DNA of 64,000 nt from contig CAXBNF010000003.1 of the NCBI GenBank assembly GCA_963977065.1, positions 71,401 to 135,400 on the forward strand, given 5' to 3'. The DNA is from an uncultured Flavobacteriaceae bacterium (GTDB lineage: Bacteria > Bacteroidota > Bacteroidia > Flavobacteriales > Flavobacteriaceae). Below, piece after piece: positions 36,892-46,963 of this stretch. Within the stretch, counting starts at the first letter, position 1. Each line of letters opens with the position of its first letter. The notes beneath the pieces are model-generated. The model saw only the letters and a list, made by a program, of their open reading frames with translations, had not been told where the DNA came from and did not search any database. The position numbers and the translations under genes are program-made.

Positions 36892-38997
36892 TTAAGAAAT
36901 ATAATTCCATATATTTTTATATCTCGTCAACTGGGCATAGGTGTTTTTAACAGCAATATTCTCAGGGTTGGTTAGAGAAGGGTCTTGTTTTAATAGTTGC
37001 CAGGCATAACTGCGCGCTATTTTTAAAATGTCACCGTCTTTCATAATGTCTGCAATTTTGAGTTGTAAGACTCCACTTTGTTGGGTTCCCATCATATCTC
37101 CGGGTCCGCGTAATTTTAAATCCACTTCAGAAATTTCAAAACCGTCATTGGTGCGCACCATTGTTTCTAAGCGCGTTTTTGCATCACTAGAGAGTTTAAA
37201 CGAAGTCATTAAAATGCAATAACTTTGATCAGCTCCGCGTCCCACACGGCCTCTTAGCTGATGTAGCTGTGACAATCCAAACCGCTCTGCACTTTCAATA
37301 ATCATAACACTGGCATTGGGAACATTGACACCCACCTCAATAACCGTGGTGGCGACCATAATTTGTGTTTCTCCTTTGACAAAGCGTTGCATTTCATAAT
37401 CTTTATCTGCCGCTTTCATTTGTCCGTGAACAATGGATACCTGATATTTTGGTTTTGGAAACTCTCTTTCGATACTTTCATAGCCATCCATCAAATCTTT
37501 ATAGTCCATTTTTTCACTCTCTTGAATCAATGGATAAACGATATAAATTTGCCTTCCTTTTGCAATTTCATCCCTGATGAATTTGAAGACTTTTAAGCGG
37601 TTTGAATCATAGCGATGCACGGTTTTAATTTGCTTTCTTCCGGGGGGTAATTCGTCGATAACCGAGATGTCCAAATCGCCATAAACACTCATCGCCAAAG
37701 TACGCGGAATAGGGGTGGCGGTCATCACCAAAATGTGTGGCGGAAATTCATTTTTGTGCCATAATTTTGCCCGTTGCTCAACCCCAAAACGGTGTTGCTC
37801 ATCGATGATTGCAAGCCCTAAATTTTTAAATTTTACCTTGTTTTCTATCAGTGCATGGGTGCCAATTAAGATGTCTAAAGTGCCGTTTTCCAGATTTTCG
37901 TGAATTATTTTTCTTTCTGAAGTTTTAGTTGAACCAGTGAGTAATGAAATACTGATTTCCAAATTATTACACATCTCAACTAAACTGTTGTAGTGTTGGA
38001 CTGACAAAATTTCAGTCGGGGCCATTAAACAGGCTTGAAAACCGTTGTCAAGTGCTATTATCATTGACATGAGTGCAACTATAGTTTTTCCTGATCCCAC
38101 GTCTCCCTGTAAAAGTCGGTTCATCTGTGCATTACTGCCCAAATCATTTCTAATTTCCTTGATGACCCGTTTTTGAGCCTCGGTCAAATCAAAAGGTAAA
38201 TGGGCATTGTAAAAGGTGTTAAAGAGTGGTCCCACTTTTTCAAAACGGTAACCTTTTATTTTGCTTTTATGAATCAGATTTTTTCTGATGAGTTGCAACT
38301 GAATGTAAAAAAATTCTTCAAATTTTAATCGGTATTGTGCCTTAGATAATAGCACCTGACTTTTCGGAAAATGCACATTAAAAAGCGACTCATTTTTGGG
38401 TAGTAATTTGAGTTCTTCAAGAATGTTTTTTGAGAGCGTTTCACTGAATTTATTTTTGGAATCCAGAAACAATTGTTGCATCAATTTGTTGATGATTCTG
38501 TTGGTGATTCCGCTGTTGGATAATTTTTCTGTTGAGGGGTACACCGGTTGCATGGCAGAGCGTAAACTTTGCTCGTGTTCTTCCATTAATTCCATTTCAG
38601 GGTGTGGCATGGAGAAACATCCGTTAAACCAATTGACTTTTCCAAAAATCACATAGGGCACATTGATTTTTAAGCTCTCTTTAATCCACTTCAAACCCCG
38701 AAACCATACCAATTCCATAGTGCCGGTTTCATCAGTAAAAGTGGCGACCAGGCGTTTTCTCTTATTTTGCTCCACCGTTTTGATATGGGTAATCTTGCCT
38801 ATAATCTGCATTTCAGCATTGTTTTGCTGCAATTCATTGATTTTGTAGTAACGGGTGCGGTCAATATAACGGTTTGGAAAAAAGTGAAGCAAGTCCTGAT
38901 AAGTGAATATGCCTGCTTCCTTGCGCAGCAAATCAGCCCGGTTGGGGCCCACGCCTTTTAAATATTCAATGGGAGTTTGAAGGAAGCTTGCGTTCAT
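36892..38997 (-). CDS. recG: ATP-dependent DNA helicase RecG
   Basis: 701 aa with Walker A GDVGSGKT, DEQHRFG, MTATPIPRT, and HQLRGRVGRG. Confidence 0.95.
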   Translation of the reverse strand: MNASFLQTPIEYLKGVGPNRADLLRKEAGIFTYQDLLHFFPNRYIDRTRYYKINELQQNNAEMQIIGKITHIKTVEQNKRKRLVATFTDETGTMELVWFRGLKWIKESLKINVPYVIFGKVNWFNGCFSMPHPEMELMEEHEQSLRSAMQPVYPSTEKLSNSGITNRIINKLMQQLFLDSKNKFSETLSKNILEELKLLPKNESLFNVHFPKSQVLLSKAQYRLKFEEFFYIQLQLIRKNLIHKSKIKGYRFEKVGPLFNTFYNAHLPFDLTEAQKRVIKEIRNDLGSNAQMNRLLQGDVGSGKTIVALMSMIIALDNGFQACLMAPTEILSVQHYNSLVEMCNNLEISISLLTGSTKTSERKIIHENLENGTLDILIGTHALIENKVKFKNLGLAIIDEQHRFGVEQRAKLWHKNEFPPHILVMTATPIPRTLAMSVYGDLDISVIDELPPGRKQIKTVHRYDSNRLKVFKFIRDEIAKGRQIYIVYPLIQESEKMDYKDLMDGYESIEREFPKPKYQVSIVHGQMKAADKDYEMQRFVKGETQIMVATTVIEVGVNVPNASVMIIESAERFGLSQLHQLRGRVGRGADQSYCILMTSFKLSSDAKTRLETMVRTNDGFEISEVDLKLRGPGDMMGTQQSGVLQLKIADIMKDGDILKIARSYAWQLLKQDPSLTNPENIAVKNTYAQLTRYKNIWNYIS

Positions 38998-39139
38998 TGG
39001 ACTAAATTAAAGCATTCAAAAGGAATGTAAAAGAGAAATTTCAGTTTTCATAGGTATCAATTTTAAGTGTGTTTGTTTTTTTCGCTTTAAGCGAAAATTT
39101 AAGTAATTTGTGGACTTTTATAATCCTTAATTCATCAAC

Positions 39140-41200
39140 GTGCGATTCAACTTGCTTTTTTTGTTTTTGGTAACGACTACTTTTGCGCAACAACTTCAAA
39201 TGGTTGATTTTCAGAAAGTAGATGCCGATATTAAAATCTTTCCAGAAGATAAAAAAGTGATTGGATTTCTGGAATATAAGTTTGACATTCTCCAAAATAC
39301 AGACTCAATTTATTTGGATGCCAAAAATATGACTGCTCAGTTAAGCTCAGCTTCCCAAACTAAGGTTTCTTTAAATGTCACAGAAGATAAAATATGGATT
39401 AAGCATCCTTTTAGAGCAGGAAAGCATTACAAAATTACCATTGATTATGAAGTTTTTCCAAAACAAGCCATGTACTTTTTTGGTGACCAAGTCTGGACGC
39501 AGGGGCAGGGCAAATACACCTCACACTGGTTGCCCTCTATAGATGACGTTAATGATAAAATCATATTCAATCTCGCCATCACCGCTCCAACAGAACTCAC
39601 TGTTTTAGCAAACGGAAATTTAGAAAATGAATCTCCTATTTCAAATAAACACAAGCAGTGGAAATATAGTATGAAAAACCCTATGAGCAGTTACCTTGTG
39701 GCGGTTGCAATAGGACCTTTTGAAAAGCAAACAGCAACCTCTTCAAGTGGAATTCCACTAGAATATTATTATTCCGCAGGCAATCAATTCAAAGCTGAAT
39801 CAACTTATCGCTACACGAAAGAAATGTTTGATTTTCTGGAAGCTGAAATCGGAGTGCCTTATCCCTGGCAGAACTACAAACAGGTACCGGTAAGGGATTT
39901 CCTCTATGCCGGAATGGAAAACACCACCCTCACCATTTTTTCTGAAGCGTTTGTTGTGGATTCTATTGGTTTTGTTGATAGAAACTACGTAAACGTTAAT
40001 GCACACGAGCTCGCCCATCAATGGTTTGGAAATTTGGTAACAGCCCAAAGTAGTCAACATCATTGGTTACAGGAAGGTTTTTCTACTTACTATGCCTTAC
40101 TCGCTGAACGCGAAATTTTTGGAGATGACTATTACTATTGGAAACTATACCAAAGCGCTGAGCAACTCACTGAATTGAGTGATCAAGGCAAAGGGGAACC
40201 CATTCTCAAAGCAGGGGCGAGTTCGCTAACTTATTACCAAAAAGGAGCCTGGGCACTGCATATTCTCAATGAGCGTGTAGGACCTCTAGTGTTTAAGCAA
40301 GCGGTACAGAATTTTTTGAATAAACATAAATTTGGCTCAGTTACAACAGACGATTTTTTAAACGAAATCACGTTACTCAACGGTGATGACCTGCGGTGGT
40401 TTAAAGATGATTGGTTAAATCAAGGTGCTTTTAGGTCAACCCAAGCGCTGGAGTCTATGCGAAAATCCCCTTTTATGGAAAATTATTTGGGTTTGTCTGC
40501 CATTGCACAACGACCTTTAGCTGAAAAGGTAACAGTGCTTTCCGGGTTTTTGAAAGCGCCTGTCAATGACTATCTGGGTCAGGCGGTTGTCTATCAATTG
40601 GCTGATGAGCCTTTCGGCGAAAGCCTTCCCTTATATCTAAAAGCCTTTGAAAGCGGTAATCTCTATGTGAGGCAAGCTATTGCTTTGAGTATAGAAAAAA
40701 TTCCTCCTCAACTTAAAACCCAATATGAATCTCTATTGGATGATGCATCTTATGTAACACAAGAGGCCGCTCTGTATTATCTATGGCTCAATTTTCCCGA
40801 AGACCGCAATCGGTTTTTAGAAAAAATGAACGGAGTGACGGGCTTTCAGGACAAGAACATCCGCCAATTGTGGTTGACACTTGCAATTGTAACGGATAAT
40901 TTTCAAAACGAAAACAAACAAGCATTTTTTGATGAATTGAGCAGTTATGCATCCCCAAAATTCAGTTTTGAAGTTCGCCAAAATGCCTTTCAGTTTTTAG
41001 TAGGGCTCGACGGATTTACCAATCAAAACTTAAAATATCTTATTGATGCTTGCCAGCATCCTAATTGGCGTTTTAGGAGCAGCAGCAGCCAATTACTTGA
41101 TGAATTGCTTAAAGAAGAGGAAACAAAACTTCAATTAATTCAAATTAAAAATGAATTGACTGAACCTCAAAAGGAGTGGTTGGATACTAAGCTTAAATAG
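39140..41200 (+). CDS. M1 family aminopeptidase (aminopeptidase N-like) with C-terminal HEAT-like repeats
   Basis: GTG start and signal peptide. GxMEN (YAGMENTT), HELAHQWFGNLVT, and WLQEGFSTY. Confidence 0.9.
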   Translation: MRFNLLFLFLVTTTFAQQLQMVDFQKVDADIKIFPEDKKVIGFLEYKFDILQNTDSIYLDAKNMTAQLSSASQTKVSLNVTEDKIWIKHPFRAGKHYKITIDYEVFPKQAMYFFGDQVWTQGQGKYTSHWLPSIDDVNDKIIFNLAITAPTELTVLANGNLENESPISNKHKQWKYSMKNPMSSYLVAVAIGPFEKQTATSSSGIPLEYYYSAGNQFKAESTYRYTKEMFDFLEAEIGVPYPWQNYKQVPVRDFLYAGMENTTLTIFSEAFVVDSIGFVDRNYVNVNAHELAHQWFGNLVTAQSSQHHWLQEGFSTYYALLAEREIFGDDYYYWKLYQSAEQLTELSDQGKGEPILKAGASSLTYYQKGAWALHILNERVGPLVFKQAVQNFLNKHKFGSVTTDDFLNEITLLNGDDLRWFKDDWLNQGAFRSTQALESMRKSPFMENYLGLSAIAQRPLAEKVTVLSGFLKAPVNDYLGQAVVYQLADEPFGESLPLYLKAFESGNLYVRQAIALSIEKIPPQLKTQYESLLDDASYVTQEAALYYLWLNFPEDRNRFLEKMNGVTGFQDKNIRQLWLTLAIVTDNFQNENKQAFFDELSSYASPKFSFEVRQNAFQFLVGLDGFTNQNLKYLIDACQHPNWRFRSSSSQLLDELLKEEETKLQLIQIKNELTEPQKEWLDTKLK

Positions 41201-41242
41201 TTAAGCAGGAGGGAGGTTATTTTCCAGATATAAATACTAATA

Positions 41243-42853
41243 TTATTGTTTAGTTACATAAAAAACAATTCGTTTCAAGCGGCTCCTTCTATTTTCTGTT
41301 GGATTGACATCAATGCTGTCCAGCTTTTTTAGATTGTAATTTGTAAATACATTTTCTGCATCTTCCAATTGATTTTCAATATCCCTCACTAATAATAAAA
41401 ATGTTTCTTCTCTGGGTAATTGATAGTTATTTCCATCATGTAAAACAGGAATGGCCGAGCCATATTCCCAAACAAGCTCTGGCACAAAATTGAAAAACTC
41501 ATATACCGGAACGTTCAGTGTTTGAATGTGGGAATTTAAAATTTCAGGTCCACGATATTCAGTATTGGGGTTGATTTCTTTGGCAAGCGGCATTCCAAAA
41601 CAAATTACAGTAACAATAAAAGCAATGGAAGCATAAAACACCTTTTGAATGTTTTTTCTGAATAAATGGAAGGCCATATACACACCAATAACAAAAAGAA
41701 GAATGGCTGAAAGTACAAACCAAACAAAGGAGTTTTGAAGGCTTTCGCCGAAATATAAATACCCGGCAATTGGAAAAGCAATCCCAATCAATGCAATCAA
41801 ACCAAAATGAAAATACACCGGCCAGGTTTCTTTCACTTTAAGCGATTTAAAACATCTGAACAAATATTCCATATAAAATGCTGTGTTGATGGCTAAAGGA
41901 AATAAAACAGGTAAGAGGTACCGTGATTTTTTTTCCGGAATGATTGAGAGTAATACGACCGCTATGAGTGTCCATAACAAACTAAACTGGTAGGCTTTTT
42001 TATGAAATACTTTGTCCTTTAAATAGGGGTAAAGTAAGGCTACAAATGCGGGAATTGTCCATAGTCCGCTTTGTACAACAAAACTCCAGTAATAATAAAA
42101 GGGACGCACGTTGTAGTTAATCCATCTTCCAGCTTCCAGAGAAGTAATTTCTGTTACAGCGCGGGTGTCAAAGAAATAAACATACAAACTCCACGAGCCT
42201 GAAACAATTGCAGCTGCGAGAATACTCAACACTATGGGAAAAAGTCTTCCTTTTGTGAACTTAAACACTACGCCATAAGCAATTAAAAAGGGGAGAAGCA
42301 ATGCATACAGAGAAACCGGCCCTTTACTTAAAAATGAAAATCCAAAAAAGAGACCTGCTATAAGCGCATTTCTGTATAAATTTTTACTTTCTCTAAAAAG
42401 TTTAATAATATAGAAAATTGCAACAAGCATAAAGCCGTGTGTGAAAATGTCCCATTGCCCATCTCTGCTTGAAAAAATAATATGGAAAGAGGTGACGGCA
42501 ATAAGCCCCGCAAGAAATGAAAACCGTTTTTCAGCTGTGATTTTTAATGAGATAAAATAAGTCATCAAGACACCAATGAGTCCTAAAATTGCAGCAGGAA
42601 GCCGAAGTCCAAAAAGACTGTCCAGCCCAAAGACACTAGCTGAAATGGCAGTCAACCAGGTGGGTAGTGGTGGTTTTTGATAGCGTGGCAACTCGTTGAG
42701 GGTGGTAAAAATCCAGTTACCATCTTGAAGCATTTCGCGTGCTGTGATAAAATTGCGGGCTTCCATAATATTGATAAAAATGGCGTCAAGATTTATAAAA
42801 AATACTAGTATGCAAACTAATAGTAGCCAGAAAAGTTCTTTATTTTTTTTCAT
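41243..42853 (-). CDS. GT-C fold membrane glycosyltransferase, ArnT/PMT-like (family 39/83)
   Basis: 536 aa with about 12 TM segments. N-terminal EARNFITAREMLQDGNWIF...RYQKPPLPTWL loop, typical of ArnT-like enzymes. Confidence 0.75.
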   Translation of the reverse strand: MKKNKELFWLLLVCILVFFINLDAIFINIMEARNFITAREMLQDGNWIFTTLNELPRYQKPPLPTWLTAISASVFGLDSLFGLRLPAAILGLIGVLMTYFISLKITAEKRFSFLAGLIAVTSFHIIFSSRDGQWDIFTHGFMLVAIFYIIKLFRESKNLYRNALIAGLFFGFSFLSKGPVSLYALLLPFLIAYGVVFKFTKGRLFPIVLSILAAAIVSGSWSLYVYFFDTRAVTEITSLEAGRWINYNVRPFYYYWSFVVQSGLWTIPAFVALLYPYLKDKVFHKKAYQFSLLWTLIAVVLLSIIPEKKSRYLLPVLFPLAINTAFYMEYLFRCFKSLKVKETWPVYFHFGLIALIGIAFPIAGYLYFGESLQNSFVWFVLSAILLFVIGVYMAFHLFRKNIQKVFYASIAFIVTVICFGMPLAKEINPNTEYRGPEILNSHIQTLNVPVYEFFNFVPELVWEYGSAIPVLHDGNNYQLPREETFLLLVRDIENQLEDAENVFTNYNLKKLDSIDVNPTENRRSRLKRIVFYVTKQ

Positions 42854-43463
42854 TGTAATTCAAATAAATGTTCCTCACATAGACTATTGAGCCAAAAATA
42901 TGACCGGCTAGCAAAACAGGGTCTTCCCTAAATATAGCATATATTAAAATCAATAGACTGCCTGATAAACTCAAAATCCAAAATCCTAAGGGAAGTAAAG
43001 ATTCCTTCTTTTTTTCAGAATAAATCCATTGGTAGATAAACCGAAATGTAAATGTGATTTGAGCAATGATTCCCAATAAAAGCAGCCAAAACGGGATGGC
43101 TTCATTTTTTAATAAATTTTCTAAATCATAGGTGTTGTTGTGGTAGGAATAAATCACAATCAGGACTGGGAAAATAAATACAAACCATCTTAAAAATCGA
43201 TGAATTTGTTTCCACTGTCCCTGTAACTGTAAATTTCTAATATAAATAAAATAAGTCAGTGTTTGCCCAAGCATAATGGCAAAATCATCTCTAAAATAGC
43301 CGTAAACAAATAGTAAAAAGGATGCTAAAAGTGAAAGTTGCCAAAACAGTGTGGGAGTAATTACTTTTTTGTTTTTCTCAGAAAGTACCCACTGTACAAG
43401 TGTTCTGGCAGAAAATAGAATTTGTGCTAAAAAACCCAAACTGTATATCCACCAATGACTCAT
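42840..43463 (-). CDS. Membrane protein made of two LAB_N (lipid-A-biosynthesis N-terminal) domain repeats
   Basis: 207 aa with an internal duplication: LGFLAQILFSARTLVQWVLSEKNKK... versus LGIIAQITFTFRFIYQWIYSEKKKE.... Overlaps both neighbours. Confidence 0.6.
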   Translation of the reverse strand: MSHWWIYSLGFLAQILFSARTLVQWVLSEKNKKVITPTLFWQLSLLASFLLFVYGYFRDDFAIMLGQTLTYFIYIRNLQLQGQWKQIHRFLRWFVFIFPVLIVIYSYHNNTYDLENLLKNEAIPFWLLLLGIIAQITFTFRFIYQWIYSEKKKESLLPLGFWILSLSGSLLILIYAIFREDPVLLAGHIFGSIVYVRNIYLNYNEKK

Positions 43464-44173
43464 GATTTTTTATTAATCTTGTAATTAATGTATTTTTTTT
43501 TCATCCACAGATAGGCAAAACAATCCATTAAAGGACCCACAAGCCGGTTCCATAAACCAAACTTAGCTTGTCCGGCTATTCTTGGAAAATGCCTTACGGG
43601 TACTTGTTTTATCTTTCCATTTTGTAAAAGAATCATGGCAGGTAAAAATCGGTGTAAGCCTTTGAACATTGGGATGCGTTTCGCAAAATCTGATTTGATT
43701 ATTTTTAAAGGGCAGCCGGTATCATCCATACCGTCTTTAGTAAAGGCACGACGAATCCCGTTTGCAATTTTGGATGACATGTTTTTGACAAAACTGTCTT
43801 TTCTGTTGGAACGCACACCTGTAACAAGATCATATTGCTCAATCTCTTCAAGTAAAAGGTTAAAGTCTTGTGGACTGGTTTGGAGGTCAGCATCGATATA
43901 ACCCACTAGAGGTGAGGTGACATAATCAAATCCGGCTTTGATAGCCGCGCTTAGGCCACAGTTTTTTTCGAAAGCAATGTAATGAAATTCAGGCCTGCGG
44001 GAACAAATTGCTTCTATGAATTGCTGACTGTTGTCTTTTGAGCCATCATTTACAAATAATACTGAAGTTTTTACTGTGGCAATTTTAAGATAATCACTCA
44101 GTTCTTGTTCAAGCCGCAACATATTATCTTCTTCATTGTATATGGGAACAATAATTGTTAAAGCTACATTCAT
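43460..44173 (-). CDS. Family 2 glycosyltransferase, polyprenyl-phosphate sugar synthase type (ArnC/GtrB/DPM1-like)
   Basis: 237 aa with LTIIVPIYNEEDN, FVNDGSKDNS, and YIDADLQ. Confidence 0.85.
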   Translation of the reverse strand: MNVALTIIVPIYNEEDNMLRLEQELSDYLKIATVKTSVLFVNDGSKDNSQQFIEAICSRRPEFHYIAFEKNCGLSAAIKAGFDYVTSPLVGYIDADLQTSPQDFNLLLEEIEQYDLVTGVRSNRKDSFVKNMSSKIANGIRRAFTKDGMDDTGCPLKIIKSDFAKRIPMFKGLHRFLPAMILLQNGKIKQVPVRHFPRIAGQAKFGLWNRLVGPLMDCFAYLWMKKKYINYKINKKS

Positions 44174-44279
44174 GCTGTTTTATTTCTGATAACAAAAGTA
44201 TTTCTTTTTTTAAAACAACAATTTTTTTTAAGTGCAAATCTAAAATCTTCTTACCTTGTTGCCTCAAAAAAAGAATACA

Positions 44280-45233
44280 ATGAAAATCCTCATTACCGGT
44301 GCTGCCGGTTTTATTGGTTCCCATACAGCAGAACGACTTCAGAAATATGGACACGAAGTAATTGGTTTAGATAATTTTTCACCGTATTACAGTGTTGATT
44401 TAAAAAAAATCAACGTTGACGAACTTAATAATAACAATATTCAATTTTTGGAGTGTGATTTAAGAGAGGCCATTTCTTTTAAATTATTGCCAAAGGATTT
44501 TGATGTGGTGATTCATTTTGCTGCACATCCGGGAATTTCTGAAAGTTCTTCTTTTGATGATTATTTTTCAAATAATGTTTTAGGGACAAAAAATTTGCTG
44601 GATTTTGTCGAAAGCTGTGAAAAACCTCCTTACTTTATTAATATTGCCACCTCCTCCATTTATGGTGCTGAAGCAGCATTTGATGAGACAAACACCCCAA
44701 AACCAACTTCGTATTATGGCGTGACAAAACTAGCTGCTGAACAACTGGTGATGGCAAAGGTGCGGCTGAATGTATTGAAAGGATGTTCTTTGAGGCTTTA
44801 TTCGGTTTATGGACCAAGAGAACGACCTGACAAGCTTTACACAAAACTCATTGCCTGCGGATTAAAAGGAGAAGCTTTTCCTTTGTTTCAGGGAAGCTTA
44901 GAGCATTTAAGAAGTTTTACTTATGTGCAGGATATTGTTGATGGAATTGTAAGTGTATTAGGTCTTATGGATATTTGTAATGGGGAAATAATAAACCTGG
45001 GAACTGAAAAAGAAAATACAACTCAAGCAGGAATTCAAATTGTGGAAGCTATTTTGGGCAAAAATATTCAAATAAATTACTTACCGAGTAAAAGAACAGG
45101 AGACCAGTTGCGCACACGCGCTGTTATTGACAAAGCAAGAAAGTTGTTAAATTATAATCCAAAAACGAATTTGAAACAAGGCTTAGAGCAACAAGTAGCA
45201 TGGTACAAAGCTACTTTTTTGAAAAAAGTTTAA
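44280..45233 (+). CDS. NAD-dependent sugar-nucleotide epimerase/dehydratase (extended SDR)
   Basis: ATG 44280 gives MKILITGAAGFIGSH. Catalytic SSIYG and YYGVTK. Confidence 0.9.
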   Translation: MKILITGAAGFIGSHTAERLQKYGHEVIGLDNFSPYYSVDLKKINVDELNNNNIQFLECDLREAISFKLLPKDFDVVIHFAAHPGISESSSFDDYFSNNVLGTKNLLDFVESCEKPPYFINIATSSIYGAEAAFDETNTPKPTSYYGVTKLAAEQLVMAKVRLNVLKGCSLRLYSVYGPRERPDKLYTKLIACGLKGEAFPLFQGSLEHLRSFTYVQDIVDGIVSVLGLMDICNGEIINLGTEKENTTQAGIQIVEAILGKNIQINYLPSKRTGDQLRTRAVIDKARKLLNYNPKTNLKQGLEQQVAWYKATFLKKV

Positions 45234-46299
45234 ATAATTTATTTGCGGCTTCAAAGGGAGATGTTTTATGATTTTCCAGAGCTTTAAGTAACTTGGGAAG
45301 TTCTTTTTTTACTAGTGTGTTTGTATAAAAAACTGTTTTTAATTTTTCTTCGATGGTTTGGTGCAACCAAAATTTATTCTGCTCGATGCGCTTGTATTCA
45401 AAAAAACCATTTTCTTTAGTTAATTTTATATACCCTTGAACAAACTCCCAGATTGCTTCTATACCTTCGTTGTTTATAGCGCTACAAGTTGCAGTTTTGG
45501 GAGTCCAATTGCTTTCTTTAGATGGGAACAGGTGTAAAGCCCTCTGAAATTCTACTTTGGCTTGCTGTGCGGCTTTGATATTTTCGCCATCGGCTTTATT
45601 GATGACGATAGCATCAGCCATTTCCATAATACCCCTTTTGATGCCTTGAAGCTCATCACCGGCTCCGGCTAGTTTTAGCAGTAAAAAGAAATCAGTCATA
45701 GAGTGGACAGTAGTTTCACTCTGTCCCACGCCCACGGTCTCTATAAGGATTACATCAAATCCTGCAGCTTCACAAAGTATGATACTCTCACGGGTTTTTC
45801 GCGCCACTCCGCCTAAAGAATTTCCGGAAGCTGAAGGGCGTATAAAAGCATTTTCTTCTTTTACAAGTTCCTCCATTCGGGTTTTGTCACCAAGAATACT
45901 ACCTCCACTCACGGTGCTACTTGGATCTACAGTGAGAACAGCAACTTTTTTGCCTTTAGCAATAAGGAGTTTTCCAAAACTTTCAATAAAAGTACTTTTT
46001 CCCACACCGGGAACTCCGGTAATTCCAATACGAATTGATTTATTTGCAAAGGGAAGGCAGCCTTCAATGATTTTTTGTGCAATTGTCGTGTGTTTGCTAG
46101 AAGTACTTTCAACAAAGGTAATTCCACGGCTTAGTGCAACTTGGTCTCCTTTACGAATTTCTTTAATGAGTATTTCGGCATCAGGTTGTTTAAGACGTTG
46201 TTGTTTGATGTGTTCAGCAGCAGTTGCATCTACAGAAGTTTTGGTAACTCCAGAAGTTTTTTTATTGATTGCAGATTTTGTTTGCTGCTTATTACTCAT
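45211..46299 (-). CDS. meaB: MeaB/ArgK-type G3E GTPase (methylmalonyl-CoA mutase chaperone family)
   Basis: GITGVPGVGKSTFIE, ETVGVGQSE, and INKADG. The 3' end overlaps the convergent SDR gene by 23 nt. Confidence 0.85.
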   Translation of the reverse strand: MSNKQQTKSAINKKTSGVTKTSVDATAAEHIKQQRLKQPDAEILIKEIRKGDQVALSRGITFVESTSSKHTTIAQKIIEGCLPFANKSIRIGITGVPGVGKSTFIESFGKLLIAKGKKVAVLTVDPSSTVSGGSILGDKTRMEELVKEENAFIRPSASGNSLGGVARKTRESIILCEAAGFDVILIETVGVGQSETTVHSMTDFFLLLKLAGAGDELQGIKRGIMEMADAIVINKADGENIKAAQQAKVEFQRALHLFPSKESNWTPKTATCSAINNEGIEAIWEFVQGYIKLTKENGFFEYKRIEQNKFWLHQTIEEKLKTVFYTNTLVKKELPKLLKALENHKTSPFEAANKLFKLFSKK

Positions 46300-46362
46300 T
46301 AGATTCCTTTAAGACAAATTTAATAATATGAATTTGATAACCATCGTTTTCTCTTGTATATT

Positions 46363-46370
46363 TAAATTTG
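46363..46370 (+). promoter_or_regulatory. Candidate -7 promoter box TAAATTTG
   Basis: Matches TAnnTTTG, 25 nt upstream of ATG 46396. Confidence 0.4.
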
Positions 46371-46395
46371 AAAATAATCTAATAAAATTAAAAAC

Positions 46396-46821
46396 ATGAA
46401 AACTTTGTACAAAACAGCGGTAACAGCATCAGGGGCCAGGGCCGGAAAAATCAAATCTGAAGATGGTAAAATAGACATGCAACTTTCTGTCCCCAAATCT
46501 ATGGGTGGAGATGGAGGTGACGGCACCAACCCAGAGCAACTATTTGGGGGAGCTTATTCAGCTTGTTTTGGTAGTGCTTTGCTGGCTGTTGCTAAAGATC
46601 ATAAACTATCATTAGGAAACTTTACTGTTACTGCAAACATTAGCTTGACAAAATCTGAAGAAGGAGATTTAAACCTAAAAGCGGTTATGGATTGTTATCT
46701 ACCGGGTCATGATATTGAAACCGGCGAAAAGCTTGTGAATGAAGCACACAAAATTTGCCCATTTTCCAGAGCCACAAGAGATAATATTGATGTGACGTTA
46801 AATTTGCTTTTGGATGAATAA
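46396..46821 (+). CDS. ohr: Ohr-family organic hydroperoxide resistance protein (OsmC superfamily)
   Basis: 141 aa with GTNPEQLFGGAYSACF and KICPFSRATRDNIDV (the two catalytic Cys). Confidence 0.85.
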   Translation: MKTLYKTAVTASGARAGKIKSEDGKIDMQLSVPKSMGGDGGDGTNPEQLFGGAYSACFGSALLAVAKDHKLSLGNFTVTANISLTKSEEGDLNLKAVMDCYLPGHDIETGEKLVNEAHKICPFSRATRDNIDVTLNLLLDE

Positions 46822-46963
46822 TGATAGAAAATATTTTTTTATTTAGGGTTTTTGGCATGTGTTTTGTTATATAAATAACAGAACGTACTAATGAAACATA
46901 AAGTAAACTTTCTAAGAACCGGAAAGTCCCTAAAAAGAAACATTTTACAAATAAATTTAATAT

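Noticed and set aside
39041-39295. 84-aa minus-strand ORF overlapping the start of the M1 aminopeptidase gene
   Set aside because: Low-complexity K/L/F-rich translation of AT-rich promoter and leader DNA. It overlaps a real gene start and has no support.
45211-46299. meaB as a marker of a B12-dependent mutase operon or cobalamin riboswitch
   Set aside because: No mutase gene is adjacent. The neighbours are an SDR epimerase and ohr, and the 96-nt upstream spacer shows no cobalamin-riboswitch-like conserved structure.
45779-46312. 177-aa plus-strand ORF, the longest unassigned ORF in the track
   Set aside because: It lies entirely antisense to the well-supported meaB gene. Its composition (S/L/R/P/C-rich, no motifs) is typical of the reverse frame of a real gene.
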